DNA of 53,520 bases, taken from Pseudomonadota bacterium. GTDB lineage: Bacteria; Bdellovibrionota_B; Oligoflexia; Oligoflexales; CAIMVM01. The stretch covers positions 1 to 53,520 of the forward strand of contig JBAXBA010000015.1 of assembly GCA_037142195.1 (NCBI GenBank). Reading direction: 5' to 3'. The notes below the pieces were generated by a model that was not told the DNA's origin, ran no database searches, and saw only the letters and a list, made by a program, of their open reading frames with translations. The translations under genes were made by a program, and so were the position numbers. Every line of letters starts with the position of its first letter. Position 1 is the stretch's first letter. Of this stretch, positions 27,989 to 37,688 are shown piece by piece.

Positions 27989-29964
27989 TCTACTGCCTCC
28001 AAATGATCTTTGGTGTTTAGGCCCCGAGAGCGGTCCAACAAAGCGATCAAGCCACCGAGAGCCATAATCACGCAGCTGATCCAAACCAATCGAACTGTGG
28101 GGTTGATGTGGATCTGAAAGGTCGCGGTTTCGCCTCGAGTCGCTTTATCAAAGTCAGGCATCACCGCATAAACATCGTGCCAAAAACTACTAAGAAGTCC
28201 TACCTCGTGAAGCAATTCAGGTTTTGTGGGGTACTTGGAACGTCCTGCCATTAACGTACCTACATCAGTACCATCTTTATGAACAGACAGAACGCCGCCA
28301 TAAATGGTTGCGTTGTGCTCTTGAAGAATATCGAATCCCTCATACTTAATCTGAAAACCATAGAGTTCTGTGCTCTCGCCTTTTTTAAGCGTCTTTACAG
28401 CTTCTACGCCTCGGTAATTGCCGAGAAATCCAAGAATGGCAATGAGGAAACCAATGTGAGCCACATAAGCTCCCAAGTAGGCCCGATTGCGTTGCCAAAG
28501 AAGCCTAAAACTCCCCTTCAAGGTTTTTAGTCGCATGCTTAAGTCGGCAGTCAAACAAAAGGCCGCCCAAAAAACCATGGCGATACCCACCAACTGAATG
28601 CCTAATCGAAATCCTCCCGATTCAAAGACTCTCCCAAAATAGGCAAAGACAAGAGAGACGGGAAGAGACCAAAAGACGGCTTGAATCAGAATCTTAGAGC
28701 CTCCTAGAAACTTGCCCGTCTTCCAACGTAGAAGATTCCCCACCGCGATGGCACCCACAAGAAGCAAACCTATCCAGGGTGCAAACGAATTGAAATACGG
28801 TGCCTGGACATTAAACCTAGCCCCGGTAATCATTTCGGAAACAATCGGGTAAATAGTTCCAATAAAGATAATGAGAGCAAATGTGCCCAATAGAAATTGC
28901 GTGAGCATCAAGGCCGACTCTTTAGAAACTCCCCAGGCTTTATCCGTGTCAGGAGGAAGAAGCGTCGGGGCTCGGACCGCATAAAGAATCGTCATGCCCA
29001 CCAAAAGACACACTAAATAAGCTAAATAGTTAGGCCCTATCGATGATTGGGCAAAGGCATGGACGGAGGAAATAATTCCTGACCGGGTTATAAAGGTTCC
29101 AAAAAAGCTGAAGAAAAAACCTAGAAATGCTAGCACTACGGACAGACGCTTGAGGTGGCCGATCTTCTCTTGAACCAGCAAGGAATGAAGAAGGCACGTT
29201 GAGAAGATCCAGGGCATAAATGAAGAATTCTCAACCGGATCCCACGCCCAATATCCTGACCAACCAAGCTCTACATAGGCCCAGCGTCCCCCAAGTATGA
29301 TTCCCACAGTTAAAGCCATCCAACCAAACAAGGCCCATCGTCTCACAGACTTGAGCCAGCCTTCTGTAATGTCTCCATAACAAAGGGCAGCTACTGCATA
29401 AGCAAAGGGAATTGCTAGAGTCGTATAACCCGTGAAAAGCGTCGGGGGGTGAATCGCCATATAGGGGTTTTGGAGGAGGGCATTCATACCCAAGCCCTCT
29501 GGAGGCAGGGGAAAGTTCTTAAGAAACGGATCGGAATAGGAAATTGCTAAATAAAACATCCAACTCAAAATGGCCTGAAGAGTCAAAGAAACCCAAGGCA
29601 TGATATGTTCATTATTTTTCGACGACGTCCACAAAGCTATAGATGAATAAATCGAAAGTAAAACAAGCCATAAAAAATGGGAGCCTTCCAACGCCGACCA
29701 AAAAGCCGCAATCGTATAGTTCCAAGGAAGGTCATTAGAACTATTCTTGTAAATATACATAACGGAATAATCACGTTGAAATAACATATAAAAAAGCGAA
29801 ATCGCTGCCAAAATGCAAAAAAGGGAGGATGCAGTTGCCGCATATTTGGACGAACGATACAAACGAATCTGCCTCGTCTTAGCCGCAAAAAAAGCCGAAA
29901 TAGAACCGTAAACACTCAAAATAAAACAGAGAAAAAGCAAATAGAAGCCTAGATCAGCAAACAT
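27985..29964 (-). CDS. ccmF: Heme lyase CcmF (cytochrome c maturation System I)
   Basis: LQNPYMAIHPP, WAYVELGWSGYWAWDPVENSS (WWD domain), TRSGIISSVHAF. Confidence 0.95.
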   Translation of the reverse strand: MFADLGFYLLFLCFILSVYGSISAFFAAKTRQIRLYRSSKYAATASSLFCILAAISLFYMLFQRDYSVMYIYKNSSNDLPWNYTIAAFWSALEGSHFLWLVLLSIYSSIALWTSSKNNEHIMPWVSLTLQAILSWMFYLAISYSDPFLKNFPLPPEGLGMNALLQNPYMAIHPPTLFTGYTTLAIPFAYAVAALCYGDITEGWLKSVRRWALFGWMALTVGIILGGRWAYVELGWSGYWAWDPVENSSFMPWIFSTCLLHSLLVQEKIGHLKRLSVVLAFLGFFFSFFGTFITRSGIISSVHAFAQSSIGPNYLAYLVCLLVGMTILYAVRAPTLLPPDTDKAWGVSKESALMLTQFLLGTFALIIFIGTIYPIVSEMITGARFNVQAPYFNSFAPWIGLLLVGAIAVGNLLRWKTGKFLGGSKILIQAVFWSLPVSLVFAYFGRVFESGGFRLGIQLVGIAMVFWAAFCLTADLSMRLKTLKGSFRLLWQRNRAYLGAYVAHIGFLIAILGFLGNYRGVEAVKTLKKGESTELYGFQIKYEGFDILQEHNATIYGGVLSVHKDGTDVGTLMAGRSKYPTKPELLHEVGLLSSFWHDVYAVMPDFDKATRGETATFQIHINPTVRLVWISCVIMALGGLIALLDRSRGLNTKDHLEAVE

Positions 29965-29970
29965 AGAACC

Positions 29971-30780
29971 TCACCATTTCACGACAGGGGGTAAAGACAC
30001 AAAAATTGCTTCCGTATTTCCATTTGTCATCAGGCCAAACTTAGTGCCACGGTCAATGGCTAAATTGAACTCAGCGTAACGACCTCGCCAATACAACTGC
30101 TGATCTTTTTCACTTTCCGAGTAGCTCATCGCCTTTCGTCTATTTAAGATCATAGGAAAGACTTCGACATAAGCATTGGCGGTGGCTTTTACAAAGGGAA
30201 ACAGCAGGTCAAATTCACCTTTTAAATGGTCAAAAAAGATTCCGCCCACTCCCCGCACCGACTGGCGATGGGGTATGTAGAAATATTCATCGCACCATGC
30301 TGAGTACTTTTTGTAGGCATCGCTCCCTTGCAAGGCGCAGGCACTTCTGAGCGAGTCATGAAACGCTTCTGTATCTTCTTTAAAAGGAATAAACGGAGTG
30401 AGGTCCGCTCCGCCGCCCAACCAAAACGTATCACCTACCGTAATCAAGCGCACATTCATATGGCCTATAGGCGCGTAAGGATTCATCATGTGAGTTATGG
30501 TGGAAACACCTGACGCAAAAAACGGCAATCCCTTATACTTTTCTTCTAGTGCAGGGTAGTTTTCTCCGTGTACCTCAGAAAAATTAGCCCCGGCCTTTTC
30601 CACCACAGAGCCCCTTAAAACGCCGATAACGCCGCCGCCCCCTTCTGGTCTTTGCCAGACTTTGCGCTCGGCCTTAGCCCGACCATCGACCTCTTCAAAT
30701 TTTTGCAAGAGTCTATTTTGAACGTCTTTAAAAAAAGAAATTGCTGATGCCTTTTGGGATTCAGACACTAAATTTTCCAT
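29971..30780 (-). CDS. hemF: Oxygen-dependent coproporphyrinogen III oxidase
   Basis: EKAGANFS, H.MNPYAP..HMNVR, GGGADLTP, WCDEYFYIPHR...RGVGGIFFD, RGRYAEFNL..DRGTKFGL. Confidence 0.95.
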   Translation of the reverse strand: MENLVSESQKASAISFFKDVQNRLLQKFEEVDGRAKAERKVWQRPEGGGGVIGVLRGSVVEKAGANFSEVHGENYPALEEKYKGLPFFASGVSTITHMMNPYAPIGHMNVRLITVGDTFWLGGGADLTPFIPFKEDTEAFHDSLRSACALQGSDAYKKYSAWCDEYFYIPHRQSVRGVGGIFFDHLKGEFDLLFPFVKATANAYVEVFPMILNRRKAMSYSESEKDQQLYWRGRYAEFNLAIDRGTKFGLMTNGNTEAIFVSLPPVVKW

Positions 30781-30964
30781 AAAAACCAACCTGTTAGCTT
30801 TAAGTGGATCGAGTTCGTTTCAACATGCCTGGCAGGATACCCCTTATTGGAAGTAGTTGCAAGTCATGACAGAATTCACTAAGTAGTATCCACCAAGGCT
30901 TGTATTCCTAGAAAAATCTGGGTTCTGGCAGCACTGTATGGAATTTTAAATTGAGGACCGGGGC

Positions 30965-32359
30965 TTGTTGGAAGATAGCGTATTTATAAAAACTCTCGGC
31001 TGTAAAGTGAACACTTATGACAGCCACGCCCTTGAAAATCAATTTCGCAAGTCTGGCTACCGTATTGTAGACACCCCGGAAGAAGCTAGAGTTACGGTTA
31101 TAAATACTTGTTCCGTTACAGAAAATGCCTCCAAAGAGGCGCGCTATTACTTAAGAAAATTCCACAAGGTGAATCCAGACTCTTTGCGCGTGGTCACAGG
31201 TTGTTACGCGCAAATTGATTCTGCAAAACTTGCGGAGCTTCAGGAGGTCGATTTTGTTGTACCCAATGAAGCCAAGGAAATCCTTGTGGAACTGGTTCAT
31301 GAGGGCCTAAAAACTCCTAAACAATTGAAACAACTCGTAAATAAATTGCCCGAGGGAGTGGGCGAAGTCAGCAATAATAGACAAAGTCATTTCAAAAGTT
31401 CCCTCACGCTTTTTGATCAAGCCACCTCAGAACAGACCCGAGCCTTTATTAAAGTCCAAGATGGATGCAATGGATTTTGCAGCTATTGCCAGATCCCCTA
31501 TGCCAGGGGGAGCTCCAGAAGCGTTGCTCCCAAGCTTGTTTTAGATGAAATCAAACGACTCGTAGATGCTGGCACTAGGGAAATTGTCTTTGCTGGCATT
31601 CATATTGGAGATTATGGCGAAGACTTGGACTTCTATAAATCAACAAAAGTCCCGCCCATCGTCGATCTCATAGAAAAAACGATTCAAATAGCGGGACCTT
31701 CCCGAATCCGCATCAGCTCCCTTGAGCCAGCTGAATTTAGTGAGCCCTTAGGTGAGCTTATGAGAAGTCACTGGAACGTATTCTGTGATCATTTCCACTT
31801 CCCCCTTCAATCTGGTAGCAATAGAATTTTAAAACTGATGAATCGAAAGTATGACACCGACCGCTATCAAGAGTCGGTCTTCAGAGCTCGAGACATTTTC
31901 CCCAATGCTTTTATAGGTTGTGACATCATTCCTGGATTTCCCGGAGAAACTGAGGCCGACTTCAACGACACCATGAAGTTTGTGGAACATGTTCAGCTAA
32001 CCTCACTCCATGTGTTTCCTTATTCCAAGCGCCCCAATACTGCCGCCCTTAAAATGCCAGATCATTTAGACCCTGAAGTTATCAAAGAGAGGTCTAAAAT
32101 CATGCGAGAATGGTCGGCGAAGTCTCTACAAAAATTCTACACCAGATTCATTGGTCAGACTTTAGATGTACTGTGGGAAAACGATTTCGACAAAGACGGG
32201 CGAATTCTTGGGAAATCCACCAACTACCTAAATGTCGCGAGCCCAACATCTAGCCATGGGCTGATACCAGGAAGCCGTTCCCAAGTGTCCATCAAGGGGT
32301 TTCTTGGCCATGAAAAGCTGCTTGGCATTCCCTTGGTTTCTCATGAAAGCGTACACTAG
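30965..32359 (+). CDS. mtaB: tRNA t6A37 methylthiotransferase MtaB
   Basis: TLGCKVNTYDS, INTCSVT, KVQDGCNGFCSYC radical-SAM motif, HVFPYSKRPNT, TRAM domain. Confidence 0.92.
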   Translation: MLEDSVFIKTLGCKVNTYDSHALENQFRKSGYRIVDTPEEARVTVINTCSVTENASKEARYYLRKFHKVNPDSLRVVTGCYAQIDSAKLAELQEVDFVVPNEAKEILVELVHEGLKTPKQLKQLVNKLPEGVGEVSNNRQSHFKSSLTLFDQATSEQTRAFIKVQDGCNGFCSYCQIPYARGSSRSVAPKLVLDEIKRLVDAGTREIVFAGIHIGDYGEDLDFYKSTKVPPIVDLIEKTIQIAGPSRIRISSLEPAEFSEPLGELMRSHWNVFCDHFHFPLQSGSNRILKLMNRKYDTDRYQESVFRARDIFPNAFIGCDIIPGFPGETEADFNDTMKFVEHVQLTSLHVFPYSKRPNTAALKMPDHLDPEVIKERSKIMREWSAKSLQKFYTRFIGQTLDVLWENDFDKDGRILGKSTNYLNVASPTSSHGLIPGSRSQVSIKGFLGHEKLLGIPLVSHESVH

Positions 32360-32635
32360 AACTTCATTCCGCCAACCCACTCTTAGATCTCCGATCAGGA
32401 TTGAACCGACTATAAATGGCAATGGGAGTTGCTGCGTCAGATTAGCAACGTCCTCAAGAGGATAATTTCAAAAGCTCCGCAAAACAGGGGGTTAGGCCGA
32501 CCCATCCTAAGACCTTCCTGGGAGCCCGAACACTTTTACTGATTTGTCTTAAATTTCCTTGACGCAATCTATACGGCCGAGATACAGAGGAGTTGGCAGG
32601 TTTTAAACACTTCATCTTTTAAGTAGGAAATCTCT

Positions 32636-33205
32636 ATGTCTTTCACAAAAACAACACTCGCTTCCATTCTGCTGAGCACATTTATCAGCTCATCTTCTTT
32701 TGCCTTTCCTATATTTCTAAAGCAGTTTGGTGAGCACTACGATGCAAATGGTATCGATACTTCAAAGCTTGTCGACAACCAGAGCTGCGCGCTTTGTCAT
32801 AATTCTGCAGGCGGCGGCGGCCCAAGAAACCCCTATGGCGAGTCCTTCAAAGCAGGTGTTTTAGGTGAAGGAAAAGGCTTTGATGCTATTGAATTTATAG
32901 ATTCAGACGGCGACAATTTCATAAATCTTGAAGAGATCTATTTGAACACGGCTCCAGGAGACAGCAATGATGCCCCTTCTTCAAGAATTGCCATTTCCGT
33001 AACTAGTGGAAAAGTGTCTGTGTCTTTGCCTGCAACATGTACGTCCTTTGAATTGATTTCTTTTGGAGTCAAGATAGAAGGAAGCAATAAGCTCGTTAAA
33101 ACAAATATATCTGGAACACAGACGCTTGCTCTCGACGGTAGCAAAGGCGCTATTCTTGCTAAGTGCGTAGTAGAGAACGCAGTAGGTTCACTTCTTCTTA
33201 AATAG
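32636..33205 (+). CDS. Secreted CxxCH heme-binding protein with a DxDGD Ca-binding motif
   Basis: Signal peptide ending SFA, SCALCH, GGGPRNPYG, DSDGDNFINLEEI. Confidence 0.75.
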   Translation: MSFTKTTLASILLSTFISSSSFAFPIFLKQFGEHYDANGIDTSKLVDNQSCALCHNSAGGGGPRNPYGESFKAGVLGEGKGFDAIEFIDSDGDNFINLEEIYLNTAPGDSNDAPSSRIAISVTSGKVSVSLPATCTSFELISFGVKIEGSNKLVKTNISGTQTLALDGSKGAILAKCVVENAVGSLLLK

Positions 33206-33639
33206 GAATTAGGAAGCAAACTTAGATTGCCAAACCACTTGCATCTGAAATCGATTCCTTACGTGATAACAGCAAAATTTTAAAAATGTTCTTTGGCCAA
33301 CTCTACCTAGAGTTGGCTCTTTTCTTTTTGGGGATTTTACATCGTTTCATTTTGATTCCTATTGGTGTTCTTTTCATCAAAAATTTCTCGCCTAGGAAAC
33401 CCTCATAAAAAAACAAAAGACATGAGAACTTTTTTAAAGGTTGGGATTTAACGATCGAATCTTTAGGAGTGATAGGAGAATGGGTATGAAGGATTTCATT
33501 ACTTTTCCTGAATGAGATATCCAACTCCTTCTTGAAATCCCCTACTCTAGGAATCGGTCAAAATCAAGTAAAGAACTAAGAAATTATAAGGTTACCACCG
33601 CTGCGTAATTGTGAGATAATCCCCGCACGGAGGGCAAAA

Positions 33640-34143
33640 ATGGAGCGACGCATTTTTTTAAAAAACAGTGCCATAGGGACTTCCTTAGGGTTGCTCTACA
33701 GTTGTATGCCAGAAGGGACTTCCTCAAACGAAGAGCCGCCTAGAACGCTGACCCTTTCCCATCAAAATACTTTAATGGCACTGCTCCCTAGTTTTCTAGG
33801 TTCTAAACTTTTGGGGGCCGATGGCAGCAAGGATTTTCAGGGATTTTTTTCTGATTTTGAGAAAACCATTACCACTTTGCCCCGCTATACCCAGAAAGAA
33901 GTTTTTTTACTTTTGGATTTGTTGGGCAGCAGAGTTACAAGATTTCTTCTCACGGGCATCTGGTCTCCCTTTTCATCGACTCCTCGAGAAGAGCTGGATT
34001 CTGCCATAGGAGAGTGGTCTAGATCATCCTTAGGGATGAGAAGAAACGCCTATGAAGGACTTAGAGATCTCATTTTAGGTACATGGTACGCCAATCCTAT
34101 TCACTGGCAAAAAATTGGTTATCCTGGAGTTCCCATACTGTAA
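33640..34143 (+). CDS. Tat-signal (lipo)protein partner of a GMC oxidoreductase (LaoB-like)
   Basis: RRIFLK twin-arginine motif, LYSC possible lipobox, C-terminal WYANP..W..IGYPG. Confidence 0.75.
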   Translation: MERRIFLKNSAIGTSLGLLYSCMPEGTSSNEEPPRTLTLSHQNTLMALLPSFLGSKLLGADGSKDFQGFFSDFEKTITTLPRYTQKEVFLLLDLLGSRVTRFLLTGIWSPFSSTPREELDSAIGEWSRSSLGMRRNAYEGLRDLILGTWYANPIHWQKIGYPGVPIL

Positions 34144-34154
34144 AAGGAATTTTT

Positions 34155-35729
34155 ATGCTCGAAGATCCCATTGGTCCCCATCTTGCGCGCTGGAATGTGG
34201 CACGTGGCGAGAATTTTGAAAAAGACACCGTCCTTGAAACTGACTTTTGCATAATCGGCTCCGGTGCTGGTGGAGCAGTTGCGGCAGCTATGCTTTCCGC
34301 AAAAGGGCACCGCGTCACCATCATTGAGGAAGGGCCTTTTAAGTACCAAAAAGACTTCCATATGCTGGAATCGGAGGCCTATCCCGATCTCTATCAAGAA
34401 TCGGGAGCAAGAAAGACCAAAGATCATGCTATACAAATTTTTCAAGGTCGCTCGGTAGGAGGCTCAACCACTGTAAATTGGGCGACCTGCTTTAGAACTC
34501 CAGAAACGACCCTACGTCATTGGGAGACCCACTTTGGCGTGAAGGGGATAGAGACGGAAACTCTTTCCCCATGGTTTGAGCGGGTAGAGAAAGAATTTTC
34601 GATCATCCCTTGGGAGGTCACTCCTAATGCCAATAATTTAATGTTAGCGAGAGGTCTAGAGAACCTTGGTATAAAATGGCAAAGCATTAAACGCAATGTA
34701 AAGGGATGTCGCAATCTCGGTTATTGCGGCGTCGGGTGCCCCGTAAATGCAAAGCAATCGACTCTAGTCACAAAAATACCAGAAGCACTTGATGCCGGAG
34801 CACAGCTTATTTCCGAAATGAAAGCCCTAAAGTTTCAATTTAAAGGTGATCAAATCAGTGAGTTGATTTGTGTGCCGATGGTAAAAAATGTAGAAAAGAA
34901 GATTAAGGTGTCCATTCGCGCCAAGCAGTATATTCTTGGGGCTGGATCTATTGGAAGCCCTGCCCTACTCCTTCGCTCAGAAGCTCCTGATCCCCACAAG
35001 CTGATTGGAAAGAGAACCTTTATCCACCCGGTAAATGTCAGTGCTGGACTTTCTGAAGAGGCTATTTTTGCAAATTCCGGAGCCCCCCAGTCTGTGTATA
35101 CTGACCACTTTCTGCAAAGCAACCCCGCCACCGATCCTGTCGGGTTTAAAATTGAAACCGCCCCCATGCAGCCCATTTTGCTTTCTCAAGTAGTCCGTGG
35201 ACATGGCGATGCTCATTTTGACTTGATGGCTCAATTCCCCTACATATCCAATATGATTGCCTTGATGCGTGATGGGTTCCATGAGGAATCGCCAGGCGGC
35301 GAAGTACACCTCAGGTCTGATGGTAGCCCCGTGCTAGACTATCAAGTGCCGCCCTACCTTTGGGAAGGATTTAAGCGAGCTTGGCTTCAGATGGCAGAAA
35401 TCCAATTCGCTGCTGGTGCCAAGTTTGTTCTGCCTATTCACAGCAGTACCCAAGGTTTTTCTAAATGGTCAGACGCAAAAAAAGAGATCCCCAATTTGCC
35501 TTCAGAATTATTTGCCGCCAAACTTTTTTCAGCCCATGTCATGGGAGGGTTGCCGTTTGGCGAGGATCCGAAGAGGTCAGTTTTAGATAGCTTCGGAAAA
35601 TTTAGAAACCTAGGAAACCTCACAGTAGTGGACGGATCCATGTTTCCTACAAGTATTGGAGCTAACCCCCAAGAATCCATTTTTGCATTTTCTTACCGAA
35701 ATACGGACGCTCTATTACATAGAATTTAA
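34155..35729 (+). CDS. GMC-family flavin oxidoreductase (long-chain alcohol oxidase/LaoA-like)
   Basis: IIGSGAGG, GRSVGGSTTVNW, C...GYCGVGC, SAHVMGG, DGSMFPTSIGANPQ. ATG 34155 follows AAGGA. Confidence 0.9.
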   Translation: MLEDPIGPHLARWNVARGENFEKDTVLETDFCIIGSGAGGAVAAAMLSAKGHRVTIIEEGPFKYQKDFHMLESEAYPDLYQESGARKTKDHAIQIFQGRSVGGSTTVNWATCFRTPETTLRHWETHFGVKGIETETLSPWFERVEKEFSIIPWEVTPNANNLMLARGLENLGIKWQSIKRNVKGCRNLGYCGVGCPVNAKQSTLVTKIPEALDAGAQLISEMKALKFQFKGDQISELICVPMVKNVEKKIKVSIRAKQYILGAGSIGSPALLLRSEAPDPHKLIGKRTFIHPVNVSAGLSEEAIFANSGAPQSVYTDHFLQSNPATDPVGFKIETAPMQPILLSQVVRGHGDAHFDLMAQFPYISNMIALMRDGFHEESPGGEVHLRSDGSPVLDYQVPPYLWEGFKRAWLQMAEIQFAAGAKFVLPIHSSTQGFSKWSDAKKEIPNLPSELFAAKLFSAHVMGGLPFGEDPKRSVLDSFGKFRNLGNLTVVDGSMFPTSIGANPQESIFAFSYRNTDALLHRI

Positions 35730-35787
35730 ATTGTGTGACGCTGTCTCTACTGTTTTATTTCCTAGAACCCCACAGAAAGGAACTCCT

Positions 35788-36681
35788 ATGCTCGCCTTAG
35801 AAGTAAAGAACCTCATCAAATCTTATGGCGACGTTGCTGCCGTCAAAAATATCAGCTTTCAAATTAAAGTAGGAGAATGCTTTGGATTATTAGGGCCCAA
35901 CGGGGCAGGGAAATCCACGACAATCGAAATTATTGAACAGATTCAAAAGCAAGATAGCGGACAGGTTTTTTATTTCGGAAAACCTCCGACGGAGGCCTTG
36001 CGAGAGCAAATTGGTGTACAGTTTCAGGAAACTGCACTTCTCCCGCGCCTGACCGCACGGGAATGCTTAGAAGTCTTTTCGGGACTTTACTCCGAGCGGA
36101 TACCCGTCGCGGAGCTGATTAAACTCTGCCAGCTCGAAGAGTTCGCCGACCGCTACCATGAAAAACTTTCTGGCGGTCAAAAGCAGCGACTACTCTTGGC
36201 AATCGCCATGTCGAATCGCCCGAAAATTCTTCTTCTCGATGAGCCGACCACCGGCCTTGACCCCCAAGCAAGACGCCATCTTTGGGATATCATTACAAAT
36301 CTAAAGGCAGCCGGTGCTACGATCATTTTAACAACCCATTACATGGATGAAGCTGAAGCCCTGTGCGATAGAATCGTCATTGTGGACCATGGAGAAATTA
36401 TCGCGGAGGGCGAGCCCAGAAACTTAATCCGCAGCCACCTACCAGAAGTCATTGTAGAAATGCCTCTTTCCGATGGGACCATTGGCGACAAGGTAAGAAA
36501 ACTGCTTCCTAATGAAAACGTGCTGATTCTCGGTCAAAGACTTCAAATTTCCACCAAGAAACTCGATCAGGTTGTGCGTGCCCTATCGGATGCTCACATC
36601 CCCTTAGACGGCTTGCATGTAAGGCAGCCCAACCTTGAGGATCTCTTTATTTCGCTAACTGGCAAAGCACTCAGGAGTTAA
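35788..36681 (+). CDS. ABC-2 type exporter ATP-binding protein
   Basis: GPNGAGKST, LSGGQKQR, LLDEPTTGLDP, TTHYMDEAE. Start set at ATG 35788. Confidence 0.9.
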   Translation: MLALEVKNLIKSYGDVAAVKNISFQIKVGECFGLLGPNGAGKSTTIEIIEQIQKQDSGQVFYFGKPPTEALREQIGVQFQETALLPRLTARECLEVFSGLYSERIPVAELIKLCQLEEFADRYHEKLSGGQKQRLLLAIAMSNRPKILLLDEPTTGLDPQARRHLWDIITNLKAAGATIILTTHYMDEAEALCDRIVIVDHGEIIAEGEPRNLIRSHLPEVIVEMPLSDGTIGDKVRKLLPNENVLILGQRLQISTKKLDQVVRALSDAHIPLDGLHVRQPNLEDLFISLTGKALRS

Positions 36682-36682
36682 C

Positions 36683-37672
36683 ATGAGCATACGAAGAGTT
36701 TGGATTTTATTTAATTCCCGAAACAAAGAGTTTTACCGAGACCCTGGCTCACTGGGTTGGATTTTTGTTTTCCCGATCGTCATGGTTATCGGTTTTGGCT
36801 ACCTATTTAAGGTAGGCGAAAGTTCCACTTTTAAAGTCGCCGTCGTGCAAACCCAATTTGAAAGCTCCACTTTTGAAGAGGTGGTTATCCCGAGTTTAGA
36901 GGAAGCTTTGAAAAAATTGGAGTTTCATGCACTAGACTTGGTGATAGCTCCAAACGACTACTACATCAATGAATCCTCTCCGAAATCCAAGTTAGCCGAA
37001 GCCGTCTTTTTAAAAGAAACACTTCACTTGGTTTCGGAAAAGACAAAACACATCATTCCAGGACAACGTGTCACTTACGTCGACTGGCTCTTTCCAGGAA
37101 TTATCGCCACTAACGTTCTTTGGATGGCTCTTTGGGGTGTGGGTTGGGTCATCGTCAGACAGCGTAAAATCGGCGTCTTAAAGCGACTTAAGGCTTCACC
37201 GGTCAAACCCGTGGAATACCTTGCTGCTCAAGCTCTTTCTAGAATGGTAGTCATGGCCTTTAGTGGTGTCTTCGTTTTTGCTCTAGGGCATTTGATTAGG
37301 CCCTTTCATACAGAAGGAAGCTATCTCACTTTGTTTTTTATATATATGCTGGGATGTTTTGCCTTAAGTTCCATAGGACTTGTCGCGGCAGCCAGATTAG
37401 ATAACGAAGAGCTGGTCAATGGCATTCTTAATTTTATGACTTACCCTATGATGTTTTTATCTGAAGTATGGTTTTCTCTCGAAGGCTCACCGGAGTGGGT
37501 CAAACAAGCGGCTCACGTGATGCCCCTTTGGCACATGGTCAAAGGCATGCGCGAAGTGATGTCAGAGGGAGCAACCCTGGCACAACTTTCCACCCACATA
37601 TTCGTGCTGGCTGGCATTGGTATTTTCTGCCTCTCGTTAGGAGGATATTTATTTAGATGGACCAAAGACTAG
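36683..37672 (+). CDS. ABC-2 type exporter permease
   Basis: N-terminal TM helix, YVDWLFPGI, LKRLKASP, C-terminal TM bundle. Confidence 0.88.
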   Translation: MSIRRVWILFNSRNKEFYRDPGSLGWIFVFPIVMVIGFGYLFKVGESSTFKVAVVQTQFESSTFEEVVIPSLEEALKKLEFHALDLVIAPNDYYINESSPKSKLAEAVFLKETLHLVSEKTKHIIPGQRVTYVDWLFPGIIATNVLWMALWGVGWVIVRQRKIGVLKRLKASPVKPVEYLAAQALSRMVVMAFSGVFVFALGHLIRPFHTEGSYLTLFFIYMLGCFALSSIGLVAAARLDNEELVNGILNFMTYPMMFLSEVWFSLEGSPEWVKQAAHVMPLWHMVKGMREVMSEGATLAQLSTHIFVLAGIGIFCLSLGGYLFRWTKD

Positions 37673-37688
37673 CTCCTATGGTCTCACC

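Noticed and set aside
27989..28084. N-terminal extension of CcmH in the ORF track
   Set aside because: It overlaps ccmF; the ATGA coupling at 27985-27988 gives a normal signal-bearing start.
33303..33524. 73-aa minus-strand ORF
   Set aside because: AT-rich intergenic composition, SD directly abutting the TTG, no motif.
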